Assembly: GCA_003331635.1 (NCBI GenBank) | Contig: QOPH01000003.1 | Span: 3,145-67,144, forward strand | Reading direction: 5' to 3' | Origin: SAR86 cluster bacterium | GTDB taxonomy: Bacteria; Pseudomonadota; Gammaproteobacteria; Magnimaribacterales; TMED112 | DNA: 64,000 bases | In this document: positions 29,050 through 38,780 of the stretch, piece after piece | How the letters are laid out: each line of letters begins with the position of its first letter | How positions within the stretch are numbered: position 1 is the first letter of the stretch | Translations under genes and position numbers: made by a program | Notes under the pieces: model-generated | The model's input: only the letters and a program-made list of their open reading frames with translations | What the model was told of the DNA's origin: nothing | Database searches by the model: none

Positions 29050-30101
29050 AAAAAATTCTAATAACAATTTTTGCACTGATTATTACTTTTGGTATTTTTA
29101 GCTCCTCATACGTTCAGAGCAACATACTTAATATGTTGATAAAGAGTGGACTTGAAAATAATCAGATATTTCCTAAAAAAGATAGTTTGTCAGTTTTAGT
29201 TTGTGGTTCCGGTTCACCATTAGGAACTGCTGTTGCACAAACTTGCTTGCTTGTAAAAGCAGGCGATAAAAAATATGTAGTAGATATTGGTAACGGGAGT
29301 GTGAATAATCTAATGACATGGAGTAGCGACCTATTAGATGATGTTAATGGAGTTTTGATTACCCACCTCCATTCAGATCATATAGCGGATTTGGGTGATC
29401 TAAATTTAGTCACATGGGTGACTAGAGATAGAAAGCAGCAATTAGAAGTTTTTGGACCAGAAGGCATCAATGATGTTGTTTCAGGATTTAATCTAGCCTT
29501 TTCTCGAGATAGTAATTTCAGATATTTGCATCATGGTAATCAAATTGCTGATCCAATAACTGCTGGCATGACTGCTAAAGAGATTTCAGATGGCTCTATA
29601 ATTTTTGAGGATGATAATTTAAAAATATCAGCCTTTAAAGTTTTTCATGAACCAGTTGAACCTGCTCTAGGATATAAATTTGAATATAAAGATAGAGTAA
29701 TAGTCATAAGCGGTGATACGAGGTACGATTCTGAGCTTATCAAATCTTTTAAAGGTGCTGATGTCCTTTTTTGCGAGGTAATCTCACCTGATGTAGTGGA
29801 CAGATTCATTAAGGTTGCTGAACAACAAAATGACGCGAAACTTAAAAAAATTCTTGTAGATATTCTTGATTATCATACTTCTCCTCTTGAGGCCGTAGAT
29901 TTGGCAAATGAAGCAGGTGTAAGGCACCTTGTTTATTATCATCTTACTCCTACACTAACAACTGAAATCAGGTTTTTATCTGATAAATTCTTTTTTGAAG
30001 GCGTCGATGAAGCTATTGAAAATTGGACAGCTTCAACTGACGGTACCATGGTAGTTTTACCTTCAAATTCAAAAGAAATTTTGATTAGTGAGATTAATTA
30101 A
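29046..30101 (+). CDS. RNase Z/AtsA-like metallo-beta-lactamase-fold hydrolase, membrane-anchored
   Basis: 'LVCGSGSPL', VVDIG.G, THLHSDH, HEPV.PALGY, ISGDT, DYHT, YHL.P. Confidence 0.82.
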   Translation: MKKILITIFALIITFGIFSSSYVQSNILNMLIKSGLENNQIFPKKDSLSVLVCGSGSPLGTAVAQTCLLVKAGDKKYVVDIGNGSVNNLMTWSSDLLDDVNGVLITHLHSDHIADLGDLNLVTWVTRDRKQQLEVFGPEGINDVVSGFNLAFSRDSNFRYLHHGNQIADPITAGMTAKEISDGSIIFEDDNLKISAFKVFHEPVEPALGYKFEYKDRVIVISGDTRYDSELIKSFKGADVLFCEVISPDVVDRFIKVAEQQNDAKLKKILVDILDYHTSPLEAVDLANEAGVRHLVYYHLTPTLTTEIRFLSDKFFFEGVDEAIENWTASTDGTMVVLPSNSKEILISEIN

Positions 30102-31185
30102 CAGAGTAAGAAATCTTAAAAATTTTATTGGCAGTATCATCTGATACTAATAAAGAACCATCATCATACATCAAAACTGAAGATGGCCTACCTAGAGAAG
30201 TTTCGCCATCCAGCCACCCATCAACAAAAACCTCCATAGATGTAATTTCATCATCTTTAAATTCTGCAAAAAGAACTCTGTAACCAACTTTCTTTGATCG
30301 ATTCCAAGAGCCACGTTGCGCAATAAATGCACCATTCTTATATTTTTCAGGAAACATATTACCTGTGTAAAAATCAATTCCTAATGGAGCAGTATGAGCT
30401 TGGAAGCCCCAAACTGGCTTTGTATAGTTAAAGTCATCAGGTGCGTTAAAGCTATCATCAGGAATATCATTTCCATGAAAATATGGAAATCCAAAATGTT
30501 CACCTTTATAAGAAACTTTATTGAGTTCACACGGAGGAATATCATCACCCATCCAATCTCTTCCGTTATCTGTAAAATACATTTTTTCAGTAATTGGGTG
30601 CCAAGCAAAACCAACGCTGTTTCTTACACCATCTGCATAAATTTCATAATTTCCATCATGAATCCTCAGGATAGAACCAAATCTTTCATCTTTTTCCTCA
30701 CACACATTACATGGAACACCCTCAGATAAATAAAGTTTGTCATCTGGACCAAAAGCTATCCATTTCCACCCATGCCACATTTTTTTTAATGGGTTAAACA
30801 TTTTCTTTCTTGGTAGGTTTTCAAAATAAATTTCTGATTTAATATCGCCAGTCATTAATGACCTTTCGATGTTATTGATTTTGATGATCTTATCTATTTC
30901 TGCAACATATAGGTCTCCGTTGTGAAGTGCAACACCAGTAGGTGAATTTAATTCCGTCAGTATTTCAATTCTTTCTTCAGGATTTGATTTTGGTAGCGCA
31001 TACACAACACCAGCTTCTTTAGTTCCAACAAACAGAAATTCATTGCCTAAGGCCATTTGTCTAGGATTTTTAATGTCGCTAGAGAAAACATCTACTTGGA
31101 AGCCCTCAGGTACTGAAAGTCTATCTGATAATGCAATTATTTGAGTTGAGAAAATCAAGATTGCTATTAATAAAATTTTTTTCAT
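30094..31185 (-). CDS. PQQ-dependent sugar/sorbosone dehydrogenase family beta-propeller
   Basis: Signal peptide, 'NPRQMAL', 'GVRNSVGFAWHP', 'TDNGRDW.GDD.PP.ELN', 'HTAPLG..FY.G..FP', 'GRP..V....DGSLLVSDD'. Confidence 0.87.
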   Translation of the reverse strand: MKKILLIAILIFSTQIIALSDRLSVPEGFQVDVFSSDIKNPRQMALGNEFLFVGTKEAGVVYALPKSNPEERIEILTELNSPTGVALHNGDLYVAEIDKIIKINNIERSLMTGDIKSEIYFENLPRKKMFNPLKKMWHGWKWIAFGPDDKLYLSEGVPCNVCEEKDERFGSILRIHDGNYEIYADGVRNSVGFAWHPITEKMYFTDNGRDWMGDDIPPCELNKVSYKGEHFGFPYFHGNDIPDDSFNAPDDFNYTKPVWGFQAHTAPLGIDFYTGNMFPEKYKNGAFIAQRGSWNRSKKVGYRVLFAEFKDDEITSMEVFVDGWLDGETSLGRPSSVLMYDDGSLLVSDDTANKIFKISYSVN

Positions 31186-31266
31186 ATGCCGTAAATATGT
31201 TAATCTTACATCGCTTTAAAAAGATTGTTCAAATAACTTTTGAGCAACTTATTAAATGGAGCAGAA

Positions 31267-33726
31267 ATGAAAAAAATCAATTTATTAATACTTATATTCA
31301 CAACTATTTTATTTTTTACTAATTCTCTAAGCGCAATGCCGAGGGGGGACGATGGTAAACCTCTTTCTCCAGAAGAAATGAAGAAGGTATTAGATGAGAT
31401 TAATGAATTTAAAACTGTTGAAGACTTTCTTGAAGATGGTGAATTTGAAGAAATTGATGGCTTTTTAAAACTTTATAAAGATTCTGAAAAAGATACATAC
31501 TTTTTAGAGCTTAGTGAAAGTGATTTAAATAAAGAGTTTCTCTACTTCGCCTATATTCTTAATGCTCCAACTGGTTCCGGTGTAATGTCAGGAGAAATGA
31601 AAGGCGACAGATTAATAGGTAATGGAATAGTACTAGAATTTAGGAAATTTAAGGATGGACTTGGTCTCTATAAGAAAAATACAAATTTTTCGAACGAAAC
31701 AGAAAATAATATTTCCAAAAGAAAAATGACTGCAATTTTTGATGCCTTTATTGGCAGATTCAAAAGTGTAGTTGAAGAGGAGGGAAGGTATCTTTTGCCT
31801 TTTTCAAAAGTTTTTCTATCCGAAATGCTTACCACTGTATCGCCAAATATTCCACCTGAATACAGAGATTTTCTTGAGCTCGATCTTGGTAAACCTGACC
31901 CAAGTAAAACTTTTGTCGAAAAAGTAAAGAATTATGAGAAGAATACTAATATCGAGGTAAATTTTGGATTTTTTAACCCAATGCCTTCAGGGTCATCAGA
32001 TATATATTCTGTAGCTGATGATAGATATACATCTGTCAAAATGAGTCATCTCTTTGTTGAAATGCCTGATGACAATTTTGTACCAAGACTAGCCGATGAA
32101 AGAGTAGGCTTCTATTCTGCAAGAATAACCGATTTATCCTCTTATGACTCTTATCCCGCAAGAGACGTGATTAATAAATGGAGACTTGTGAAAAAAGACC
32201 TAGAGGCAGAACTTTCTGAACCGGTTGAACCAATAGTTTTTTGGGTAGAAAATTCAACTCCTGAAGAAATTAAACCATTTGTTGTAGAGGGAATAGAAAG
32301 ATGGAATATAGCATTTGAAAGAGCTGGTTTTAAAAATGCTATTGTTGCCAAGATTCAACCTGATGACGCTGAGTGGGATGCGGGTGACGTTCAATATAAT
32401 GTTGTCAGATGGGCTCATTCACCAGAGCCTTCGGGTTTAGCTGGTTATGGGCCAAGTATTGCAAATCCAAAAACTGGTGAAATTATTGCTTCAGATATAA
32501 TGCTTGAATTTTCGGCGATTAAATCAGGGTATCTTTTGAGAAAGTTATGGGGATATGATGAAGAAAATGATCCTCTGGAACAATGGATCATTAATCTCAC
32601 ACTTCATGAAGTAGGCCACACTTTAGCTTTAATACATAACTTTAATGCAAGTTATCTTCATGGACCCAGAGAAATTCATGATGTATCAATAACAGGAAAT
32701 GCCACTTTATCTTCAATAATGGACTACGACCCTCCAAATATTGCTCCAGAGGGAGTTAAACAAGGCAGATTCTTTTCTATTGAACCTGGTGAATATGATA
32801 AATGGGCCATTGAATTTGGTTATAAGCCCAATATGACTGATGAAGAAAGAGAAACACTTCTATCCAAATCAGTTGAAGCTCCTTATATTTGGAACTGGGC
32901 ATATGGGATTGATCCAAGGTTTAGAACTTGGGATCTTTCAAATGATGTAATTACTTACACCTCTGAAAGATTCGATACTATTGATAAGAAAATAAAAGAG
33001 TTGGATGAAATATTTAATGTTGAGGGTGAGACTAAACATGATTTCACAAATGCTTTTTACAGATTAATGAGATCAAAAGGTAGGTTTATGGCAGGTGTGG
33101 CAGGTCACATCGGAGGAGTGTACGTTACTAGATCTCTAAATGGCCAAGGTATCAACACTTTTGAGCCTGTGCCATATGAAGTGCAAAAAGAAGCAATGGA
33201 ATTAATAGTGAAAAGATACCTTTCTAATGATGCTTGGGATTTTGATCCGGAAATTGTTAAGAATCTTCATACTGAGAAAAGACTTACAGATTTCGATCGT
33301 GATGACGTACCACAACTTCATGAAATGGTTTTAGAAATGCAAGGGCAAACATTAGTTGAAATTTTAAACCCTGAAGTAATGACAAGACTTATTGATTCAT
33401 CAAAATATGGCAACAAATATATGCCTTCAGAAGTTTTAGATGATCTCTTTAATGGTATCTTTGTTAGAGGAGAGGTGCCTAATACCTTTAAAAGAAACCT
33501 ACAATCAAATTATGTTGATGCTTTAATGGGCGCATTTGCACCTGCAATGCCAAGAGGTTCTCGTGGTGGCGGTGAAATTCCACAATACGATGAAATATCC
33601 AAAGCAGCAATTATGGGAAGTCTTGAAAAGATTCAAAAATTTACAAAATCTGGTGTAAGTGATAAAGATACAAAAACTCATTTCAGATATTTAAATAAAA
33701 AGATCTCGAAATTTTTAGATTCGTAG
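31267..33726 (+). CDS. Secreted zinc-dependent metalloprotease (EcxA/DUF4953-DUF5117 type)
   Basis: Signal peptide from the ATG at 31267, 'RLADERVGFY', 'PIVFW', HEVGHTLALIHNF, SIMDY Met-turn, 'YDKWAI.FGY'. Confidence 0.85.
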   Translation: MKKINLLILIFTTILFFTNSLSAMPRGDDGKPLSPEEMKKVLDEINEFKTVEDFLEDGEFEEIDGFLKLYKDSEKDTYFLELSESDLNKEFLYFAYILNAPTGSGVMSGEMKGDRLIGNGIVLEFRKFKDGLGLYKKNTNFSNETENNISKRKMTAIFDAFIGRFKSVVEEEGRYLLPFSKVFLSEMLTTVSPNIPPEYRDFLELDLGKPDPSKTFVEKVKNYEKNTNIEVNFGFFNPMPSGSSDIYSVADDRYTSVKMSHLFVEMPDDNFVPRLADERVGFYSARITDLSSYDSYPARDVINKWRLVKKDLEAELSEPVEPIVFWVENSTPEEIKPFVVEGIERWNIAFERAGFKNAIVAKIQPDDAEWDAGDVQYNVVRWAHSPEPSGLAGYGPSIANPKTGEIIASDIMLEFSAIKSGYLLRKLWGYDEENDPLEQWIINLTLHEVGHTLALIHNFNASYLHGPREIHDVSITGNATLSSIMDYDPPNIAPEGVKQGRFFSIEPGEYDKWAIEFGYKPNMTDEERETLLSKSVEAPYIWNWAYGIDPRFRTWDLSNDVITYTSERFDTIDKKIKELDEIFNVEGETKHDFTNAFYRLMRSKGRFMAGVAGHIGGVYVTRSLNGQGINTFEPVPYEVQKEAMELIVKRYLSNDAWDFDPEIVKNLHTEKRLTDFDRDDVPQLHEMVLEMQGQTLVEILNPEVMTRLIDSSKYGNKYMPSEVLDDLFNGIFVRGEVPNTFKRNLQSNYVDALMGAFAPAMPRGSRGGGEIPQYDEISKAAIMGSLEKIQKFTKSGVSDKDTKTHFRYLNKKISKFLDS

Positions 33727-33739
33727 CTAAATAGACCTT

Positions 33740-34423
33740 ATGACAAATAAAATTTCCTACGAAAGTTTAGGTCATGTAAATCATGGCTGGCTTGAAGCTA
33801 GACATCACTTCAGTTTTGGCTCTTATCAAGATCCAAACCGTACAGGATTTGGTGACTTAGTGGTAATAAACGATGACTTAATAGCTGCTCAGAGTGGTTT
33901 TGCAACCCACGGGCACGATAATATGGAAATTATTACTTATGTTAGGCAAGGGGCAATTACGCATGAAGATAGCCTTGGGAACAAAGGAAAGACAAATGCT
34001 GGAGATGTTCAAGTCATGAGTGCTGGTACCGGAGTAAAACATTCAGAACAAAATCTAGAGGATGAAACAACTAGCCTATATCAAATATGGATAAAACCTA
34101 ATGCTCTAAATGTTGAGCCTAGGTGGGATGCCATGGAATTTCCAAAAGAACATGTTGAAAATAAGCTAAATCTTATAGTTGGCGGGTCTGATGAAGCTCC
34201 ATTATTTATTCATGCTGATGCTGATATTTATGCAGGTAAAATAAAAGCTAAAAAAGAATTAAATCATAAGCTCAAAAGGTCAGGGTATGTATTAGCCTCT
34301 TTCGGAGCATTCGAAGTAAATGGTATAAAGCTAAAAAAAGGCGATGCTTTAGAGATAACAGATGCTGATGAGTTGAAGATAAGCACTCAAGAAGAATCAG
34401 AATTATTAGTTATTGACGTCTAG
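33740..34423 (+). CDS. Pirin family protein (YhhW-like)
   Basis: 'GWL.ARHHFSF', GFATHGHDNMEIITYV, HEDS.GN, 'MSAGTGV.HSE', 'LYQIWI.P'. Confidence 0.93.
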   Translation: MTNKISYESLGHVNHGWLEARHHFSFGSYQDPNRTGFGDLVVINDDLIAAQSGFATHGHDNMEIITYVRQGAITHEDSLGNKGKTNAGDVQVMSAGTGVKHSEQNLEDETTSLYQIWIKPNALNVEPRWDAMEFPKEHVENKLNLIVGGSDEAPLFIHADADIYAGKIKAKKELNHKLKRSGYVLASFGAFEVNGIKLKKGDALEITDADELKISTQEESELLVIDV

Positions 34424-34455
34424 TTTAATTCAAACAATATATAATTATAAAAAAT

Positions 34456-34532
34456 AGACCCGTAGCTCAGCTGGTTAGAGCGCTGTCTTGACATGGCAGA
34501 GGTCGTTGGTTCAAGTCCAATCGGGTCTACCA
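34456..34532 (+). tRNA. tRNA-Val(GAC)
   Basis: AGACCCG/CGGGTCT acceptor stem, TAGCTCAGCTGGTTAGAGC D-arm, CTGTC-TTGACAT-GGCAG anticodon arm, GGTTCAAGTCC T-arm, encoded CCA. Confidence 0.96.
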
Positions 34533-34537
34533 GTAGC

Positions 34538-35506
34538 ATGAGAACTAAACTAATTCTTAAATTATTTGTCATCATTTTAATATCCAGTTGTGGTGACGGA
34601 AGTGGGAACGATTCCAGCCAAAGCCCAATTAATCAAATGCCTCCTTCTGGAATTAGTCCAAATCAAAAAGGCACTTTAGACGGTTATTTGCAACATAATG
34701 ATATAAGAAGAGAATTTATTCTTTACGTACCTCAGTCATATAATCAAAGCAACCCTACCTCTGTAATTTTTAACTTTCATGGTTTTGGGAGTAATGCTTT
34801 TGAGCAAATGAATTATGGTGATTTTAGAAATTTAGCTGACGAGAATGGGTTTATTATTGCTCATCCTCAGGGTACAACAACCTATGGAAATGGCCCACAT
34901 TGGAATAATTGGAATGGTGATGGTGGAACAAGTAATCAAGATGATATTGGATTTATCGATGAATTAATATCCCTCTTGCAGACACTTTATAATATTGATG
35001 ACCAAAGGGTCTATTCAACTGGCATGTCTAATGGGGGATTTTTTAGTTATCACTTAGCATGTAATTTAGGAGCAAGAATTGCAGCTGTTGCATCTGTGAC
35101 AGGGACTATGTCCCCTCAGACTTATAGTAGCTGTTCACCAACTCGCCCTATTTCAGTAATGCAAATGCATGGCTTACAAGATTCCGTAGTTCCTTTTTTA
35201 GGCTTTCCTAGTCTTGGTTTATCCCAGACAGATTTAATGGAATTTTGGGCAGCTCATAACAACTGTAACTCACAACCAGACATTAGTTTAGTCGATGATC
35301 TCGCTCCAAATGATGGCAGCACTGGTATAAAAACTTCTTATTTAAATTGTGATAAAGGAACTAGTGTTGAATTTTTTCTCTTTGATGGGGCAGGGCATAC
35401 CTGGCCAGGTACTGGTAATAAGGCAGGAAGTAACTCGGTTAATATGGATATTGATGGAGTATCAGAAATTTATAATTTTTTTAAGAAAAATGTTTTAAAC
35501 CCTTAG
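34538..35506 (+). CDS. PHB-depolymerase/LpqC-like esterase, lipoprotein
   Basis: Start moved from 34493 (inside the tRNA) to the ATG at 34538. Lipobox ISSC, FHG.G, GMSNGG nucleophile, HG.QD, GAGHTWPG. Confidence 0.85.
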   Translation: MRTKLILKLFVIILISSCGDGSGNDSSQSPINQMPPSGISPNQKGTLDGYLQHNDIRREFILYVPQSYNQSNPTSVIFNFHGFGSNAFEQMNYGDFRNLADENGFIIAHPQGTTTYGNGPHWNNWNGDGGTSNQDDIGFIDELISLLQTLYNIDDQRVYSTGMSNGGFFSYHLACNLGARIAAVASVTGTMSPQTYSSCSPTRPISVMQMHGLQDSVVPFLGFPSLGLSQTDLMEFWAAHNNCNSQPDISLVDDLAPNDGSTGIKTSYLNCDKGTSVEFFLFDGAGHTWPGTGNKAGSNSVNMDIDGVSEIYNFFKKNVLNP

Positions 35507-36783
35507 GTCTCTTTAGAAAACTGTATTTCAAGTGCTTTTTTGTCAGCATCATAATGTTTCCCAGCTAGGTAATAACAAATTGGTCCTGTTAGCAAATAAA
35601 TTACTACAGAAGCGACTAAAACATGGGTATAGGGTTGGCTCACTCCCACATCAATCAGGTAGTCAATGCTTAGTCCGGCTGTGTAACTGCCAAGACTGTA
35701 ACCAACTAAGTTTATACAAAGCAGATTAAAAGCAACTACACTTCCCCTGATATTTGCCGGAACGACTTCTTGAATTGCAGAAAAAACTGGCCCATAGAAA
35801 CATCCAGTACTGAAGGCGCTACTAACAATACCAATCCAAAATATCACAGAAGTTGGATCTGCATATCTAGTAAATGCTAGAGGCATAAGCACAAAGGTAA
35901 GAATTAATAAGAACCAAGTTCTCGGTAAATTATATTTTTTCAAAGCCCAATCGCTCATAGCTCCACCAAAAACACTACCAGCTACCCCAAAAACTAGAAA
36001 TACCAATGAATTAATCTGTAGATAGAAATCTGCTTCAAATCCTTTATCTACTACTGCCCATCTAATATCAAATGCAGCTGCTCCTAATACAAAGTGATAT
36101 AGAGTTCCTGCTAATATTGTTAAGCCTAAAGATTTAGATTTTCCTAATACCTCAAAGAGTAGGGCAAGAACCTCTTTAAATGATCTTTTATTAGTTTCAG
36201 TCTTTTGTGGCAGTTTTGTTCTAGGGTGATCTTTTACAAATAACATTAATAAGCCAAGTGCAACACCAATCCCACCAAGCATGTAAAAAGAGCCTCGCCA
36301 TCCAATTACTGGACCCAAAAAGCCAGCAATTAAAAGAGCAACCCCAACTCCAACAGGCACACCCATATAATAAAAACCAGCAGCAAAACCGAGTCTTTGT
36401 TTGCCAAATCTATCTGCCAAAACTGACATCGTACTTGGCGTAATGCTTGATTCTCCTACTCCTATAAAAAATCTAGGAATTGCCAATTGGACAAAGTTTT
36501 TTGCTAAGCCTGATAAAGCTGTGAAAAAGCTCCAAATTATTACTCCACAACCTATTATTCTTGATCTATTAAAACGATCAGCTAATGAGCCAACAAAAAT
36601 TCCAGAGATTGTATATATCAGAGTGAATATGATTCCTGTAAGCAAACCAAACTCTGCGTTTGTTAGATTAAGGGCAGGAATAATATCATCTGAAAAAGCT
36701 ATCAGAAAATGTCTATCAGCAATATTTAGGATATTGAGTACAGTGACTAAAAGAAGGAAATATGTGTTATTTAATTTTAAGAT
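35503..36783 (-). CDS. MFS transporter (spinster-like), apparent non-canonical ATC start
   Basis: Frame is open upstream of the ORF-track TTG (36645) through TM1 'YFLLLVTVLNILNIADRHFL' to ATC at 36783. Motif A 'GSLADRFNRSRII' and 'GVGES' are present. Confidence 0.8.
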   Translation of the reverse strand: MLKLNNTYFLLLVTVLNILNIADRHFLIAFSDDIIPALNLTNAEFGLLTGIIFTLIYTISGIFVGSLADRFNRSRIIGCGVIIWSFFTALSGLAKNFVQLAIPRFFIGVGESSITPSTMSVLADRFGKQRLGFAAGFYYMGVPVGVGVALLIAGFLGPVIGWRGSFYMLGGIGVALGLLMLFVKDHPRTKLPQKTETNKRSFKEVLALLFEVLGKSKSLGLTILAGTLYHFVLGAAAFDIRWAVVDKGFEADFYLQINSLVFLVFGVAGSVFGGAMSDWALKKYNLPRTWFLLILTFVLMPLAFTRYADPTSVIFWIGIVSSAFSTGCFYGPVFSAIQEVVPANIRGSVVAFNLLCINLVGYSLGSYTAGLSIDYLIDVGVSQPYTHVLVASVVIYLLTGPICYYLAGKHYDADKKALEIQFSKET

Positions 36784-36786
36784 GCT

Positions 36787-37923
36787 TTACTCCATAAACG
36801 AGTTTAATCTTTCGTAAGCATCTATAAACTCTTCTTTAAATTTTTGTACTGTTTGTCCAGCTGTGAGCTTTTCATTAACAAGACCAATTCCTTGACCTAC
36901 CCAATAGGTGGCAAGTTTTTTTGCCCCCTCATGACCCACATCTGAAGCTTTATCAATCTTTGCTAAAGCGGGTTCGCTGACCATTGTCTGCAGAGGCATT
37001 GGTAAGGGATCCGGTGCATCAGGAGATTCCCATGCATCAGTCCAGTCAGATTTTAATTGTCTTGAATGCTTTCCTGTTCTGCTCCTTGATCTAACTGTTT
37101 GATCTGACGAAGCATGAAGCATTTTTTCTTTTACAACTTCAGAAGTTTCAGCTTCAGAGGTTGTTAAAAAAACAGATGCGCACCAAGCTCCTGATGCTCC
37201 CATTGCCATGGCACCTGCCATTTGCTCTCCTGTACAAATTCCACCTGCTGCCAAAATTGGAACATCTTTAATTGGCTGAATTGCCCTGTGAACTTCAGGA
37301 ACTAAAACCATAGTTGATACACTTCCACAATGACCACCACCCTCAGTTCCAGATACAACCAGAATATCTACACCTGCCTCTACTTGTTTAACAGCATGTT
37401 CTTTTTTCCCAACAAGCGCTGCAACAGGGACATTATTCTTTTTACAAAGATCTAACATCCACTTAGGTGGTACTCCTAGCGCGTTTGCATAAAGTTTTAC
37501 ACCGTGATCAAAGCCTATTTGTAGCATTTCAGTTGCTCCATCTTCTTTCATATTCGCACCCCAATTTGAATAATCTTGAGTTTGCTCTCTCAATCCATCA
37601 CTTTCAATTTCGTATTTATCTAAGACATCAGCTCTAAAATCACGATACTCTTGTGGAATCATTTCCGCTAAATCTTTGGGATCAGCACTTCCTTCTTTTC
37701 CAACAAAATTATTTGGTACAAGCAGATCTAGACCATAAGGTTTTCCATCTACATTTTGATCTATCCAGTTTAATTCTTGTTCTAATATTTCAGGAGTCAT
37801 TCCAACAGCTCCTAAGACACCCATGCCACCTGCTTTTGATACCTGAGCAACAACATCCTTACAATGACTGAATGCTAGCAATGGAAACTCTATATTAAGT
37901 ATTTCACAAATTTTTGACTTCAT
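36787..37923 (-). CDS. Nitronate monooxygenase / FabK-like flavoenzyme
   Basis: 'AFSHC.DVVA.VSKAGGMGVLG', 'GTEGGGHCG', 'LAAGGI..G..MA.AMA.GA.GAW..S.FL'. Confidence 0.88.
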   Translation of the reverse strand: MKSKICEILNIEFPLLAFSHCKDVVAQVSKAGGMGVLGAVGMTPEILEQELNWIDQNVDGKPYGLDLLVPNNFVGKEGSADPKDLAEMIPQEYRDFRADVLDKYEIESDGLREQTQDYSNWGANMKEDGATEMLQIGFDHGVKLYANALGVPPKWMLDLCKKNNVPVAALVGKKEHAVKQVEAGVDILVVSGTEGGGHCGSVSTMVLVPEVHRAIQPIKDVPILAAGGICTGEQMAGAMAMGASGAWCASVFLTTSEAETSEVVKEKMLHASSDQTVRSRSRTGKHSRQLKSDWTDAWESPDAPDPLPMPLQTMVSEPALAKIDKASDVGHEGAKKLATYWVGQGIGLVNEKLTAGQTVQKFKEEFIDAYERLNSFME

Positions 37924-37994
37924 TTTTTACCCCTTTTAGATAATTCTTGTATTGGTAAAGAATCCTAAAATTACATATTAATTATACCTTAACC

Positions 37995-38780
37995 TTATTT
38001 CCAGTTGGGTGGTCTTTTTTCTAGGAAGGCACTTATACCCTCTTGAGCCTCTTCACTTTGCAGAGTTTCAGCAATTTGCTTTTCTAAAAAATCCATTGCT
38101 TCATCAAAATCCTTAAATTCTTGTTTATAAAAAGCATTTAAACCTTTTTTCATTGCTTTTGGAGGTAATGCGGCTAGCTCATCAATTACTTCCTGAACCT
38201 TTTTGCCAATATCCTTTTCAGAATAAAACTCTGTTATTAATCCTTGTTCTTTTGCTTCGACAGCATTAATTTGGTTTCCTCTCATAATAAAATCTAAACC
38301 AGCTCTTCTGTTCATGACTCTAAATAAACCAGCCATTACCATAAAAGGCCATATACCTCTTTTAATTTCAGGCGCTGAAAACTTAACATGATCTGAAGCA
38401 AATACATGAGTAGCATTTGCTATAAGCAGTAAAGCACCTGCATAAACATTGCCCCTAACCTCAATAACTATTGGTTTACATAATTTTCTTATTGATTTGA
38501 CTATATCGGCTATACCTCCTTTCATATCAGGAATAAGGTCATTTTTTTCTTCTTTCATAACGCTCAAATCACCACCAGAGCAAAAAACATCACCATTAGC
38601 ACTAAATTTCACCACTCGGATTTCATGTGTTTTTTCGGCATAACTTAAGGCATACAACAGTTCATTTGTCATAGTAGGATTAATGGCATTTTTTTTATCT
38701 GGTCTGTTTAAGACAATTTCTAAGACGTTATTAGTTTGAGTGACTAACGTAGTTTTAAATTCTAAGTCATTAATTTGCAT
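37995..38780 (-). CDS. Enoyl-CoA hydratase/isomerase (AtuE/LiuC-like position)
   Basis: 'LNRPDKKNA', 'FCSGGDL', 'FSAPEIKRG', 'EG..AFLEKR.P.W'. The ATG at 38780 overlaps the atuA stop. Confidence 0.88.
   Translation of the reverse strand: MQINDLEFKTTLVTQTNNVLEIVLNRPDKKNAINPTMTNELLYALSYAEKTHEIRVVKFSANGDVFCSGGDLSVMKEEKNDLIPDMKGGIADIVKSIRKLCKPIVIEVRGNVYAGALLLIANATHVFASDHVKFSAPEIKRGIWPFMVMAGLFRVMNRRAGLDFIMRGNQINAVEAKEQGLITEFYSEKDIGKKVQEVIDELAALPPKAMKKGLNAFYKQEFKDFDEAMDFLEKQIAETLQSEEAQEGISAFLEKRPPNWK

Noticed and set aside
34493-34537. ORF-track N-terminal extension of the esterase
   Set aside because: It lies inside tRNA-Val. The signal peptide begins at the ATG at 34538.
36401-36817. 138-aa plus-strand ORF
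   Set aside because: It is antisense to the conserved MFS N-terminus and has no recognisable motifs.
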